Shown piece after piece: positions 50,430-64,000 of a stretch of 64,000 bases of DNA. The translations under genes and the position numbers were made by a program. Numbering within the stretch: the stretch's first letter is position 1; every line of letters begins with the position of its first letter. The notes under the pieces are model-generated. The model was not told the DNA's origin, did no database searches, and worked only from the letters and a program-made list of their open reading frames with translations. The DNA is from Octopus sinensis (lineage: Eukaryota): contig NC_043011.1 in the NCBI RefSeq assembly GCF_006345805.1, positions 43,970,464-44,034,463 of the forward strand, in the 5' to 3' direction.

Positions 50430-51535
50430 ACAGGCATACCTTGACTTAAGTCTTTACGATTTAAGTCGTTCTTGATTATACGTCAGTTTTCAAAAATAAT
50501 ATATAAAAAAATAAAAATGAAGGCAAGTCATTTTACTCGACTTTATAATAATAATAATAATAATAATAATTGTGTACAGTGCTCAGGTGCACTACAACTC
50601 ATCTAAAGTGTATATATAATCAGGTGTAGTTTCAGCGGATTTCGGAAAGCATGAGGGCCTTAAAGGATGCAGTGTCATGGCAGTCAACAACTGACGCAGG
50701 CAGTTTATTCCATGCTTCAGCAACTCTGAGCGTGAAAAAATGTTTCCGAAAGTCATGGGAGCTGTGCTGTTTTCTGACTTTGTAGGCATGTCCACGTGTG
50801 TTAGACACATGGAGATCAAAAAGGTGTTCAGTGTTGTTGTTGGTGAGGTGGTTGATAACTTTGTGGGTGTATACCAAGTCCGTCGCCAGACGCCGGAGCT
50901 TCAGTGAATCCATGCCCAGGGAAACAAGGCGCTCAGAATATGGTAGGTGTCTGATGGAGGGTATGCGTTTGGTTGCACGTCTCTGGACAGATTCCAGGAG
51001 GTCAATGTTCTGAGCAAGATAGGGGTTCCAAACTGATGATGTCTGTCCACTGCAAATATTGGAATCGTAAAATCACTAGAAAACCGTTAAAAGCACGTAA
51101 AATCATGTTACTGTACAATAAATAAGAATAAAAGCATATACAATCATATATGTACAGTAAATGTTAAGATACACACCATAAAGTAGTGTAGCTTAGTGAA
51201 CGAAATCATGAGATCAGTTGAGTTGTCTTATTTATTGGTCTTTCGGAGCTCATATTGCATTGTATTTCCAATGTCTACCGTTAGGTGACATTGTCTCTTG
51301 TGATTCTCGCGATTGTTTTGAATTCATATTTGTTTACATCTGTTTATCGGCTACTTTCTTATTCTCATTTATTTTTTGCCCCCCCCCCGTGGGGCTCCTA
51401 AGAAAATTCATAGTGAAAGTGTTAAAGCATCATGCTATAACTGATAAACTGGCTATAATTAAAACGCCACGATAAAGGTGAAAATGTGGTAGCAATTGCA
51501 CAATCTTTTGGGATGAGTCGGACAACTGTATCGAC
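50430..51535 (+). mobile_element. Tigger/pogo transposon 5' part, interrupted by a CR1 LINE
   Basis: TIR ta|caggcataccttgactta near 50430; frameshifted APKKIHSESVK...AITDKLAIIK/RHDKGENVVAIAQSFGMSRTTVST (CENP-B-type HTH) at 51391-51535. Confidence 0.7.
50546..51050 (-). mobile_element. CR1-clade LINE 3' end with (TTA)n tail
   Basis: WNPYLAQNIDLLESVQRRATK...YSERL...LKLRRL...TRGHAYK...RKHFFTLRVAEAWNKLP. Confidence 0.92.
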
Positions 51536-52224
51536 TTAGTTACGTAAAGAGGAGTCAGAGTCGCCAAGACTAGAGGAGTCGGAGTCAAAGTTTTTGGTTT
51601 CAACTCCACAGCCTTGGTTAGGGACAAGGAGATATAATTGTGCATATAGGGTAAAGACTGTGAGGGTTGGAGTTTGTACCTGTTCTATGTTCTGTAACAG
51701 TCTGGACATCTTTTTTACATCTTTTATTGTTTATTTGTTTCAGTTATTAGATGGCAGCCATGCCAGGGCACCACTTCGAAGGGTTCTAGCTAAACAAATT
51801 GGCCCCAGTACTTATTTTTAAAACCTGGTACTGATTCTGTTGGTCTCTTGTGCCGAACTACCAAGTTACAAGGATGTAAACAAACCAACACCGGTTGTCA
51901 AGCATTGGGACAGGGGAGGGTGGAATCTGGCAAAAACATATGCACACACACACACACACACTCACACTCACATACACACACACACACTCATGACAGGTGT
52001 TTTTCAGAGTCTCTCTGCCAAAATCCACTCACAACACTTTGGTCAGCTTGGGGACTGAACCTGGAACGATGTGGCTGAGAGGCAGTCTTCTTACCATGCA
52101 GTAAAGCCTGCTCCTATGTTTTCCCCTTGTAATATTGTTCTATGGATCTTCGTGCTGTCTTGTATTGATTTCACAGGAAAAGGCCAACCAAGAACATTGT
52201 GATTTCCCCTTCTTTCTCAATGAT

Positions 52225-52505
52225 ATCTATCTATATCTATCCGCTCAGTCGAAGTCGACTCTCGGTTACTCGTTGGATCAGTGTCCTCCAGTCAGTTCTG
52301 TCCTGGGCCGCTTCTTTCAGATTGGCTATGTCCATGTCAGTATCACTCTTGATGGTGTCAAGCCAGCGGGTTCTTGGTCGGCCTCTTCCTCCTTTGCCAC
52401 TGACCATTCCGAGCATGATGTCCTTCTCCAGGGATTTTCTCCGCATAATATGACCGGAATATGCCACTCTATGCTTGGTGATCCTTGCTTCTAGCAACAT
52501 TTCTC
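52225..52505 (-). mobile_element. RTE (BovB-like) LINE 3' end
   Basis: YSGHIMRRKSLEKDIMLGMVSGKGGRGRPRTRWLDTIK...DRTDWRTLIQRVTESRLRL; (ATAG)n tail. Confidence 0.9.
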
Positions 52506-52834
52506 AATGAACCCTGAATAAAATGCCTGTAATGAATAACTCCATCAAATCGTACATTGATGTTATGTAACTCATTTTCTGCCTCCTTCACAGAGGACAT
52601 TTCACCAAAGTACACACACACACATGTGTGTGTGTATGTATGTATGTATGTACATGTTAGTGGTATACAGTAGGATATTAGCTATATACATCCTTTTGTA
52701 TGTATATATATATATATATATGTATTAAGTCTGTGCAGTTGCTTAGATGGAAAGGTGTGTTTGTGTGGGTGGGTGGTGGTGGATACAGGATATAGCTGTG
52801 CAAGGCTGGCTGTATACAGCTTCCTACTGTAGCC

Positions 52835-52984
52835 ACTAATACTGCTGCTGCTACTACTACCACTACCACTGCTACTACTACTGCTACTACTACTACCACC
52901 ACCAACACTACTACCACCACCACCACCACTACTACTACTACTACCACCACCACCACCACCACTACTACCACCACCACCACCACC

Positions 52985-53049
<65 letters not shown>

Positions 53050-53155
53050 CACCACTACCACCACCACCACCACCACTACTACTACCACCACCACCACTAC
53101 TACCACCACCACCACCACTACTACCACTACCACCACCACTACTACTACTACCACC

Positions 53156-53193
<38 letters not shown>

Positions 53194-53205
53194 AACTACT
53201 ATTCA
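52835..53205. repeat. Long mixed (CTA)n/(CCA)n trinucleotide tract
   Basis: Direct reading; gives spurious poly-Val and poly-Gly/Ser ORFs. Similar tracts at 60732-60915 and 62065-62292. Confidence 0.95.
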
Positions 53206-54639
53206 AGTGTCACCTTCAAAAGCATTTGCTATGGTCTTTATGAAATCCTTCTCATGGTCATTTTTGTGTCGGTTTCTCCATGCTTGCCTGGACGGGACAG
53301 GTCCTCCTCAACACAGCACCCTCATCACTTACTGGGTTTCCCTGCCACCTCCTTACACACACACACATTCCTTTTTTTGGTTCCAGTACTTTACTCTACG
53401 GCAACACTTTCTTTTTATTCTTTCACCCCTTTCAGTCACTTTGACTGCGGCCATGCTGGAGCATCACCTTGAAAGGTTTTCAGTTGAACTAATCGAGCCC
53501 AGGATTGTTTTTTTTATAAAGCCAACTACTTATTGTATCGGTCTCTTTTGCCGAACTGCTAAGTTACAGGGACATAAACACATCAGCACCAGTTGTCAAG
53601 CAGTGATGGCGGGGAACAAACACAGACACACAGACACACATACACACACACACATACATACATACATACATGCATACATATATACATATATATCTATATA
53701 TATGATGGGCTTCTTTTAGTTTCTGTTTACCAAATCCACTCACAAGGTTTTGGTCGGCCTGAGACTATATAGTAGAAGACACTTGCCCAAGGTGCCATGC
53801 AGTGGCACTGAACCTGGAACAATGTGGTTGGGAAGCTTGCTTTTTTACTACACAGCCAAGTCTGCACTGTGTACCAGATTGCTCAACCTAAGGCTGTTGT
53901 TGAAGATATTTGGTCAGCGTGTCATGCAGTGAGATCGAATCCAGGTTGCAGCTGGGCCTGTACTTATCGCCATCATTTCAATGTCCACTTTTCCATGCTT
54001 TCATGGGTTGGACGGAGTCTTTGGAGCCAGATTTTCTATGTATAGATGCTCGTCTATTGCCAACCCTCATCTCTTTCCAAGTGAAGTAACATTCCTCCAC
54101 GGCCAGACACACACATACACACAAATATATATTTATGCACACTCACGCATACACAGGTCAATGTCTGTATCTATTATACATTCATACACACACACGCACT
54201 CACACGTGTGCATGGATATATATTCATCCATGCACACACACACATTTACTTCTTATGGTATGCAACATACAATATTATTACAGACATTAAATAATGATGA
54301 TAATGATGATGATAGCTATGAAAAAATACAATAAAATAAAAAAAATAAAAAAACAGTGAATTAAAAATATCTCCAACTCTGCTGTTCTCCTTTCCTGATC
54401 AATAATTGCCAATATACGCTATATGCACTCTCCTGCTGTGTCTACATTCCAGTTTATATAGACTTTCTGTGCTTCTTTGCGATGTTTATATTTACATTAA
54501 TTTGTGGTGGATTGTAAAGATTTTGTGTGGGTGTGTGTGTGTGTGTGTACATATATGTATATATATATATAAATTAATAGATAAATAAAACATATGCATA
54601 TATACATACATATATGTACGTACATACCTCTACATGTAT

Positions 54640-55080
54640 ATATACATGCATATATGGGTACAGGATACCAAAAAAACGTCGAACACAAGGAGAAACGAAA
54701 ACATAAACACAAAACCAAGGAAATGGACATTTTTCTTAAACAACGAAAAAATAGAGTACAGGACATACAAAACAAGGGAAATTCCCCTTCTTCAGTCGCC
54801 TTTGTTTTATCTACTCCACGTTCCGAAGGTCAAGGCGATACATGACTTTAATGAAACAATCCTTCCCGCGAAAATCAAATTAAATAAAATTTGAGATTTT
54901 TTTTGCGGAGGGGTAAAAATAGTAACAAAAACAGGACAGTAACAACAGTACAAAATATAAACAGTAAAAGACAGGACAAAGAGAATAACAGTAACACAAA
55001 CAAGAAGGGCTGTTAAACCGAACGAGATAAAATTTTACAAACGCTATTTTTTGAGAACAGCGAGGGAGCAACCGATGTGC
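54640..55080 (+). mobile_element. Interspersed repeat, probably Penelope-like (second copy 63180-63600)
   Basis: Two collinear copies starting tacatgcat..atgggtacagga; the minus strand has a CTGA(A/T)GA half-motif. Confidence 0.55.
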
Positions 55081-55081
55081 C

Positions 55082-55140
<59 letters not shown>

Positions 55141-55350
55141 TAAATAGATGTGTGTATTTTTCCCTTGTTAACAATTAACATGGAAAAAACATATAAATAG
55201 TTACCAGAGTAACAAAAAAATCACACAAGTAAAAAGGTTGTAACTCTGTGTTTTTAAATGTAGAAATTTCGGCTTTATGTGAAATATTTTGTATAATATA
55301 TATAAATAAATAAATGGAGTTAAACTCAGGTGTTATTCAAATTCTTTTTG

Positions 55351-55437
55351 CTTCCGACACATGTTTCGAAGATATCACTGGTATTATTCCAAAGGAATAA
55401 AATGGTGTAAAACAATGTAATCTTCTCTTCAGGGAAG
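55351..55437 (-). ncRNA. Canonical type I hammerhead ribozyme
   Basis: Minus strand: CTTCC CTGAAGA GAAGAT-(loop)-ATCTTC GAAA C-ATGT-G TC GGAAG; stem I 5/5, stem II 6/6, intact core, GUC cleavage triplet; lies within a ~50-bp inverted repeat (55320-55368 / 55443-55490). Confidence 0.8.
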
Positions 55438-57403
55438 TGAAGAAAACATGTGTTGGAAGTAAAAGAATTTGAATAACACCTGCGTTTAACGCCATTTATA
55501 TACGGGCTTCTTTCAGTTTCTGTCTGCCAAATCCAATCACAAGGCTTTGGTCAGCCCGAGGCTATAGTAGAAAGCACTTGCCCTAGATGCTACACAATGG
55601 GAATGAATCTGGAACCATGTGGTTGGTAAGCAAGCTACTTACCACACAGCCACTCCTGTGCCTTGACAAAATTTTGGTCGAACCTGTGCCAGCATAGAAA
55701 AGTGGACATTAAAAGAAATGATGATGATGATGATGATAATGATTGTGTGTGTGTCCTGTCTTCTGTGTCTGTCTCAAAATTAACTATGACCTCAAAGATA
55801 CCAGTTTGTCCGCTATCTCAATCCTGGCTTTCATTATATTAATTTGAGGTGGCCATTTTATGTACATCATCATCATCATCTATTTTCTGTGCTGGCACAT
55901 GTGTTGGATGGGTTGACAGGATCTAGCAAGCCACAGGGCCATACTGTGCTCCCTTGTCAGCTTTGGCATGGCTTCTATGGCTGAATACCCTTCCTAATGC
56001 CAACCACTTTACAGCTTGTATAGGGTGCTTTTTTGTGTGCTATCAACACTAGTGAAATCACTAAGTAACTTATAAAAAAAAAAAAGAATTGAAAGGAGGA
56101 GAAAAAGAAAGCTCTCTGAGAAAAAGGTGGGGAATTTGAGAAGGGGAGGAGCAATAGATCTGTACCGGGTGATTAGAAGCTAAAGGTGGCGTGCTGGCAG
56201 AATCGTTAGCATGCCGGGCGAAATGATTACCGGTATTTCGTCTGCCGTTACGTTCTGAGTTCAAATTCTGCCGAGGTCGACTCTGCCTTTCATCCTTTCG
56301 GGGTCGATTAGTTGGGAAAGTTGGGGGATGATGTGCATGTTGTAGAATCAGTAGGGAGGGAGAGAGACGTGGAGGTGCATAAGGGTGGATGGTGTGGGTG
56401 GGTACTGTGGTAAGTGGGATGCGATGGCGGATATGAGAGGGCACTGAGAATGCTAGCAAATGTTTGAGGTGTTAAGGATGGAGTATGGCAGAGGGGAGAG
56501 AGAGAGAGAGAGAGAGCAATGGCTGAAGGCATATAAAGGAGGCAATTGGTGGAAATAACATGGGAAGAGATGATGACGAGAGAAATAGAAGTGGTTCTGG
56601 TGGTGGGGGAGGTGACTAGAAGTGCAAAGAAAGGATGAAGGGGATGTAATATGTACTGATTCTGCTCTCAGCTGGTTACAGCAGCTGAGAATCTGCAGAA
56701 CATCTCTGGCTGAGATGTCCGGCCCTGATGGTGGAACGCTATATCTGCCAACTAGGGGCTACAATAGATGAGGTGGTTTGTCTCCCTTCCGCGGCTCAGG
56801 CGCTTGAGGTGACCAACAGCAGCTGAGTAGCACCGTAGATAGAGGAGTGATGGGAGTTAGGGATGAGATATGGGGAATGCTTGATGAAGTAGAAAAAGAG
56901 GAGGGGAGGCCACCCACCACCCTATACGTACATGTATAAGTAAGGTGATTTTAAGATATCATTTTTGTTATGATGAACAGGTCTTCTCGAGCACAACTAA
57001 TCACCAGTCATCTACATCTAAGCATCTGTAGTTATCTATATCCAATCACCTTGCTTGGAAACAGATGAAGGTTGGTGACAGTAAAGGTATCCAGCCATAG
57101 GAAATCTTTCTCAATAAATTCCATTTGATCCTTGCAAGCCTGGAAAAGTGGATGTTAAAATAATGACAATGATGATAATAGCTGATACCAGATTGAAAGT
57201 AATAATGACAGTGCAAAACTAATCATTAATGATTAATAATGTTTAGTAACAACAGAAAATTGTCTATGAAATAAACTGAATTTAAATTTCTATGAAAGTG
57301 GAATGTGTTAATGTGCAAAATTGGCATCTCCCATTGTGTTACCCTGCTAAATTTAGTGGCTATTTAAGCAACAGGTTCATGGAGGGATAATGGTTTGGAT
57401 GTA

Positions 57404-57444
57404 GTACTGAAGAAATAGCAAAAATTCCTGAAATATGCATATAC
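57404..57444 (+). ncRNA. Degenerate hammerhead (same family as 10553-10599), cut by a Tigger-type insertion
   Basis: gta CTGAAGA aatagcaaaaattcct GAAA tatgca TA tac; a Tigger TIR-like cagtaatccctcaactatcgcggg begins right after the TA. Confidence 0.45.
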
Positions 57445-59928
57445 AGTAATCCCTCAACTATCGCGGGTGTTATGTTATAGGTGAAAATTTGCGCAGTAGA
57501 AACAGTTCTGTATATTGTCTTTATTGTTCTGTGTGGTAAGTAGCTTGCTTACAAACCACATGGTTCCAGGTTCAGTCCCACTGCGTGGCACCTTGGGCAA
57601 GTGTCTTCTACTATAGCCTCTTGCCGACCAAAGCCTTGTGAGTGGATTTGGTAGACGGAAACTGAAATAAGCCCATCGTATATATACTCTTTTACTTGTT
57701 TCAGTCATTTAACTGTGGCCATGCTGGAGCAGCGCCTATATATATGTATGTGTGTGTATATGTTTGTGTGTCTGTGTTTGTCCCCACCCAACATCACTTG
57801 ACAACCGATGGTGGTGTGTTTACGTCCCCGTAACTTGGCAGTTCGGCAAAAGAGACCGATAGAATAAGTACTGGGCTTACAAAGAATAAGTCCTGGGGTC
57901 GATTTGCTAGACTAAAAAAGGCGGTGCTCCAGCATGGCCACGGTCAAATGACTGAAACAAGTAAAAGAGTATATATTTATTTTATCATAAATGCAAAACA
58001 ACACATGGAGGAATTAACGTACGCTTAAATAGTAAACCACAATAGGTGAACTGTGATATGGTGAGGGATTACTATTCACTTATTACTTATTTTTCTATTT
58101 TCAGTTGTATTGTTTACATAGACGTATTCATATACAAAATGACACAGCTTTCAGTGCTGGCTCTAATTTCTAGAGAAAATCTGTAGAGACAACTTCAAAA
58201 GGTACTTAAATCACACTGCTAACACAGGAAGGACATAGTGTTGACATTGTAAGCCTTTAACCCTTCAGTGTTCAGATTATTCTATCAAATATAATGTTTA
58301 TTTAGTCACATTGTTTTAAATTAACCATGCATTATCTCATATCTGTGAGATTTTGATGATGTAAAAGAGGGAGGAGGTGACAGAGAAGGAATGAATGAGT
58401 GAAAGAAGGAGGAGGTGACAGAGAGAAAGAATGAATGAGTGAAAGGAGGAGGAGGTGACAGAGAGAAAGAATGAATGAGTGAAAGAGGGAGGAGGTGACA
58501 GAAAGAAGAAATGAATGAGTGAGGGAGGAGGAGAGACTAAGAAAAGGAATGAATGAGAGAGAGAGGAAGAGAAACAGAAGAAATGAGGATGGTTAAGAGA
58601 GGAAGAGAAATAGAGAAGAGAAGAAGGGACAGAGGGAGAGAGAGAGGGGGAAAGAGAGAGACAAAGTAGAAGTGAGGGAGAGAGAGGGGGAAGAGAGGAT
58701 GAGGTGGTATCAGGTGTCTTATTCTCAGTGCTGAGTTAAATTAACATCAGCTGGGATTCACTGATCACCTGCCCCAGTCAGACTCTTCTTCTTCTCCTTC
58801 TCCTTCTTCTTCTAATCACGTGTACTCCCACTATTACCCCCATCCTTTCCCTGCCACTCCCTCACTACTACTACTCATTTCTGTGAGTTAATGGGTGAGC
58901 CTCTACATAGTCACTCTGCTTGCTAGAAATATCAGCCAAATCTTACTGAAATCACACACTGTCTTGGGATAAAAAAAGGACACACTCTTTGACAAAGGGA
59001 GGGCACGTGCTTTAGTGGTTAAGGTTTTTGCACCCATGATTGCAAGGTTGTGGTTTCAATCCCAGGACCAGGCGTTACTCTGCTATCACTTTGACACCTA
59101 ACATACGGCACACCGTGCACCTGTGCAGGCCCTGTTGATTTGATGAAGGGCATGACCTCATGTATTGCACAACCATCTCAATTACTACAAACGAGTAATC
59201 TGTGCAGGTTCGTCTTTTGCAGACTCGAGAGACTAACCAAGAAGGACAAAAAAATAATAAATAAATAAATTAAATAAAGGAGATAGAATATCTTTCAGCA
59301 TCTACTTTGCTCAGCCATGGTTGACCTAGGGTTAAACAACACCAAAAAAACAACAATATCGACAACAACAACAACAGCAACAACAAAAACTGTCGTTCCA
59401 CTGTATTGACTTTCCTGTCTGAAATCTCTCCCCCCCCCAAACTCCTGCCCACCATGGCCACCACCTTCATCGTCATGTCTGATGTAACGAATCTGTTTTG
59501 GATAAAGATGAGCTGTAGTAACGCTACTGCTTCTTCAGCATCTCTTCATATTCAGATTCACTGATAGCTTGCAGCCCGTTACCTCGGCAACTCTCTTCAC
59601 TTACTTCTCCCGCCAATTTGCCAGGGTTTATTATTAATTATTATCATTGTCCCTCCTCCTTCTCCTCCTCCTCATCATCATCCTTATTATTATTATTATC
59701 ATTATTATCATTATTATTATTATTACTATTATTATTTCTATCACAGGACGTGTTGCGTCTGTTTTAGTAATATAATGTATTTGTTTTAGACTAAGAACAT
59801 CAAGGTTAAATTTTGCTGAAGAAAGTGTGTGTATGTGTGCGTGCATGCCTGCGTGTGTGTGTGTGTATATATATGTATATATATACATACACACATACAT
59901 ATGTGCACACACACACACAGAAGTTTCC

Positions 59929-59970
<42 letters not shown>

Positions 59971-60730
59971 TTAGATATTTCTATATAAAGAGATATATGC
60001 ATAAATATATGTATATTTATGTATATAATCATGTATGTGTATAAACCCAGATGTGCATGTAGATGCATATGTTGAAAGCCAGTGAATGAGTTCATATACA
60101 TACATATATACACATATATACATACACATACACACAAGAGGTTTAAGCTGACCTTTTTGTTTTAAACAGTAGTATACTACCAGTACTTATTTCTGTATAT
60201 TGTAAAACCTTCCAAAATCTCAAAGCAGGAGAAGCAAAGTTAAAACATGACAGGAATTGAACCTAGAATACAAAAATCACAGTTAATTACCTATATTAAT
60301 AATAATATAATAATAATATAATAATAATAATAATCTTTTCTATTGGAAGCATAAAGCCTCAATTTTGGAGGAAGGGATTAAGTTGATTACATCGACCCCA
60401 GTGCAGAACTGGTACTTGTTTAATCAATCCCAAAAGGATGAAATGCAAAGTCAACCCCGGCGCAATTTGAACTTGGAACATAGCGGCAGATGAAATACCT
60501 GTTTCTTTATTGCCCACAGGGTGCTAAACATAGAAGGGACAGACAAGGACAGACAAACAGATTAAGTCGATTACATCGACCCCAGTGCATAACTGGTACT
60601 TAATTTATCGACCCCGAAAGGATGAAAGGCAAAGTCGACCTCGGCGGAATTTGAACTCAGAATGTAACGGCAGATGAAATATTACTAAGCATTTTGCCTG
60701 ATGTGCTAATGATTCTGCCAGCTCACCACC

Positions 60731-60775
<45 letters not shown>

Positions 60776-61406
60776 GTAATAATAATAATAATAATAATAG
60801 TAGTAATAATAATAATAATAGTAATAATAATAATAATAGTAATAATAATAATAGTAATAATAGTAATAATAATAATAGTAATAATAGTAATAATAATAAT
60901 AATAATAATAATACTAATAAAAAAAAAAAAAATTTTTATAAGGTGAAGATATTGACACTTCAAGCATGTTGGAGTGAGGTTGTTTTCACCCTTGCTCCAT
61001 TAATAAAATAATGATGATAATAATAATAATAATCATAATAATGATAATAATAATAATAATTCTTTTTAGTATTGGAACAAGGCCTGGCATTTTTGTGGCA
61101 GGGTGGGCCTAATCAATTTCATTGATCCCAGTCCTCAACTGCTACACATTTTATTGGTCCTGAGAAGATGAAATGCGCAGTCAGTGGTGACAGAATTTGA
61201 ACTCAGAATGTAAAGCTGGAAAAAATTCTGCTCAGTATTTTGCCTGGCGCAGTAATATTTCTGCCAGCTCTCCACCATAATAATGTTGATGATGATAATA
61301 ATAATTGTAATAATCCTTTCTACTATAAGCCCAAGGCCTGAACTTTGGTGGGGAGGGGGCCAGTTGATTAGATCGACTCCAGTACACAACTGGTACTTAA
61401 TTTATC

Positions 61407-61636
61407 GGCGGCGAGCTGGCAGAAATGTTAGCACGCCGGGCGAAATGCTTAGCGGTATTTCGTCTGCGTTACGTTGTGAGTTCGAATTCCGCCGAGGTCG
61501 ACTTTGCCTTTCATCCTTTCGAGGTTGATAAATTAAGTACCAGTTACGCACTGGGGTCGATGTAATCGACTTAATACCTATGTCTGTCCTTGTTTGTCCC
61601 CTCTGTGTTTAGCCCCTTGTGGGTAATAAAGAAATA
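61407..61636 (+). mobile_element. Full-length OK-type SINE inserted antisense into a same-family SINE
   Basis: 15-bp TSD ggtacttaatttatc at 61392-61406 and 61637-61651; host copy on minus at ~61310-61770. Confidence 0.92.
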
Positions 61637-62208
61637 GGTACTTAATTTATCAACCCCGAAAGGATGAAAGGCAAAGTCAACCCCGGCGGCATTTGAACTC
61701 AGAATGTAGTGGCAGACGAAATACCACTAAGCATTTCGCCCGGCATGCTAAAGATTCTGCCAGCTCACTGCTTTAATAATAATAATAATCATAATAATAA
61801 TGATAATAATTCTTTATATGTTGCTCTAGGTCACTCAGCTGTAGAATTGAGTTGCGATATCACTGGTGCCAAGCTGTGTTGGCCTTTGCCTTGGAGGCAG
61901 GGGTGGCTGGTGTGCATGAGTGAGTGCTCATCTTCCACAAAACTACTTTTCTTTAGACTTGTGCATCGGATGGGAACTTTCTAGGTGCAATCCTATTGTC
62001 ATTCATGACCAGAGAAGGTGCTTACATTAGCCAGAATAATCTAAATGGTAAAGGGTTAATTAAACAACTACTATTACTGCTGCTACTCCTACTACTACTA
62101 CTATTACTACTACTACTACTACCACTACTACCACTATTACTATTGTTGCTGCTGCTGCTATGACTACTACTATTACTACTACTACTACAGTTGCTGCTAC
62201 TATGACTG

Positions 62209-62259
<51 letters not shown>

Positions 62260-64000
62260 TTGTTGCTGCTGCTGCTATGACTACTACTACTAGAGGCCTT
62301 AAGTATGAAACAAGAGATGTGCACAAAAGATAATGTCAGTATGTAATCACAAAGTCGCACCTACTTACCTACCTACCTGTCTGTCTGTTTACCCACCTGT
62401 CTAATTGTTGTCACTAAACTGTAACATTCCACTAATCAAAGTATTGGTGTTACAAAGATCCATCTACATATCTACCTGTCTTCTTACCTACCTGTCTACT
62501 TACCTGTCATTGTTATCACGATGCATTGTTACACTTCTCTAATCAATGTTTAATGAACTTCAATTGACAACTGTCTAATCTATTTTATTGGGTTAACGAG
62601 AATCTTTTGTTTCTTCTGCTGTAATTGCTGGTTCTACAACGCCAAACTGTCTGTGTCAGTGTGTGCATATTTAGATTAAAACAGCTCATTAAATTTAGAT
62701 GTAATAGCATTTTATTAAATTATGTTCCACACTTCAGTTCCATAACGAGAAGTTAATTATTTTATCTTACTCCTCTTCCTACTCCTCAGAAAAAGGGGAA
62801 AAAAATTAATTGCTTAAAAATTATTTGCAATAGGGGTTGATCAAAGCCTTGTGAATGGATCTGGTAAACAAACTGAAAAGAAACCCATTTTGTGTGTGTG
62901 TGTGTGTATAATATAAATAATCATCATCAGCATCATCGTTTAGCGTCCACTTTCCATGCTGGCATGGGTTGGACGGTTCAACTGGGGTCTGGGAAGCCAG
63001 AAGGCTGCACCAGGCCCAGTCCGATCTGGCAATGTTTCTACGGCTGGATGCCCTTCCTAACGCCAACCACTCCATGAGTGTAGTGGGTGCTTTTTACGTG
63101 CCACCGGCAATTAAATAATATATAAATATATTCATATATACGTACATATATGTACATACCTACATATATATGTATATATACATGCATTAATGGGTACAGG
63201 ACATTAAAAAAGCGTTGAACACAGTTAGAAACGAACACATACAAACAAAAACATGGGAAACAAACTTTTTTTTAGAACAATGAAAAAGACAAACAGAGAA
63301 ACGAGACATGCAACATAAAGAATATTCCCCTTCATCAGTTGTCCCTGTTTTATCTTCTCCGTGTTTCGAAGGCTAGGACAATACGTGACTTCGTTGAAAC
63401 AGTCCTTCCCGCCAAGCAAATTAAATAAAATTTGGGATTTTTTGCGGAGTGTGAAAGTGGTAACAAGAACAGGACAATGAGAACAAAACAGTAAAAACAA
63501 ACGGTGAGGGCCATTAAGCCAAGACGATAGAAAAATTATTAGGAATGCTAGGAGAATGAGCTTATGAGAGGAGACCGGTATAAGCATGTGTTGTCTTTAG
63601 GAAGGAAATGAACAGAAAGGTAGATTTCCTTTCGTCGTGTGTTAGTGAAGGTGGAAGAGTGAGAGAGAGGGAACGGTGAAGAGGAGAGGAGAAGAATAGG
63701 GAAGGGTGGGAGAGAAAACCAGAAAGGATGAAGAACAAGAGAGGGAGAGAGATAGACTGTGTCTCGGCTTAACAGTCCTCACTGTTTGTTTTTAATGTGT
63801 GTATGTATATCTACGTGTGTTGTGTGTGTGTATATGTATCTCTACATCTATCTATATTTGTGTATGTATGTGTATATACATCTATCTATATGTGTGTATG
63901 TATGTATAGCTATACCTACATCAATCTGTATGTATGTGTGTGTGCGTGTATACCCTTGTCTTGACATCACACGATGGGTGTAAACAAGCATCACTGTCGT

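Noticed and set aside
52678-53206. Poly-Val and Gly/Ser-rich ORFs resembling structural proteins
   Set aside because: Products of a (CTA/CCA)n tract; no splice context or unique flanking coding sequence.
63325-63380. Type II/III hammerhead in the 54640/63180 repeat family
   Set aside because: CTGATGA and GAAAC are both present on minus but cannot be joined by an adjacent stem II.

Overview
AT-rich animal genomic DNA. The SINE families resemble the tRNA-derived OK/OR-type SINEs I recall from Octopus, so an octopod cephalopod origin is likely (inference). Most of the window is microsatellite and transposon debris: tRNA-derived SINEs; CR1, RTE, Tx1/L1 and R4-like LINE fragments; Helitrons; mariner, Tigger and piggyBac elements; and Penelope-like repeats. 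Almost all ORFs in the supplied track are microsatellite or TE artefacts. The only convincing cellular gene is an intact, intronless, strongly diverged CCDC113/CFAP263-like coiled-coil ORF (17160-18371, +), probably a retrogene. About 420 bp downstream of it lies a 27 x 23-bp minisatellite in which every unit carries an E-box (17 CACGTG, 10 CACCTG). There are about eight type I hammerhead ribozyme motifs of the Penelope-associated kind; one is fully canonical (55351-55437, -) and two sit back-to-back in a palindrome. Other structures: a twin-primed 5'-inverted RTE insertion with a 14-bp TSD, a CpG-rich MITE with 75-bp TIRs and a 9-bp TSD, a 107-bp-arm palindrome inside a Helitron, and a near-identical 1.4-kb tandem duplication. 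All calls were made by eye without database searches; repeat boundaries are approximate.
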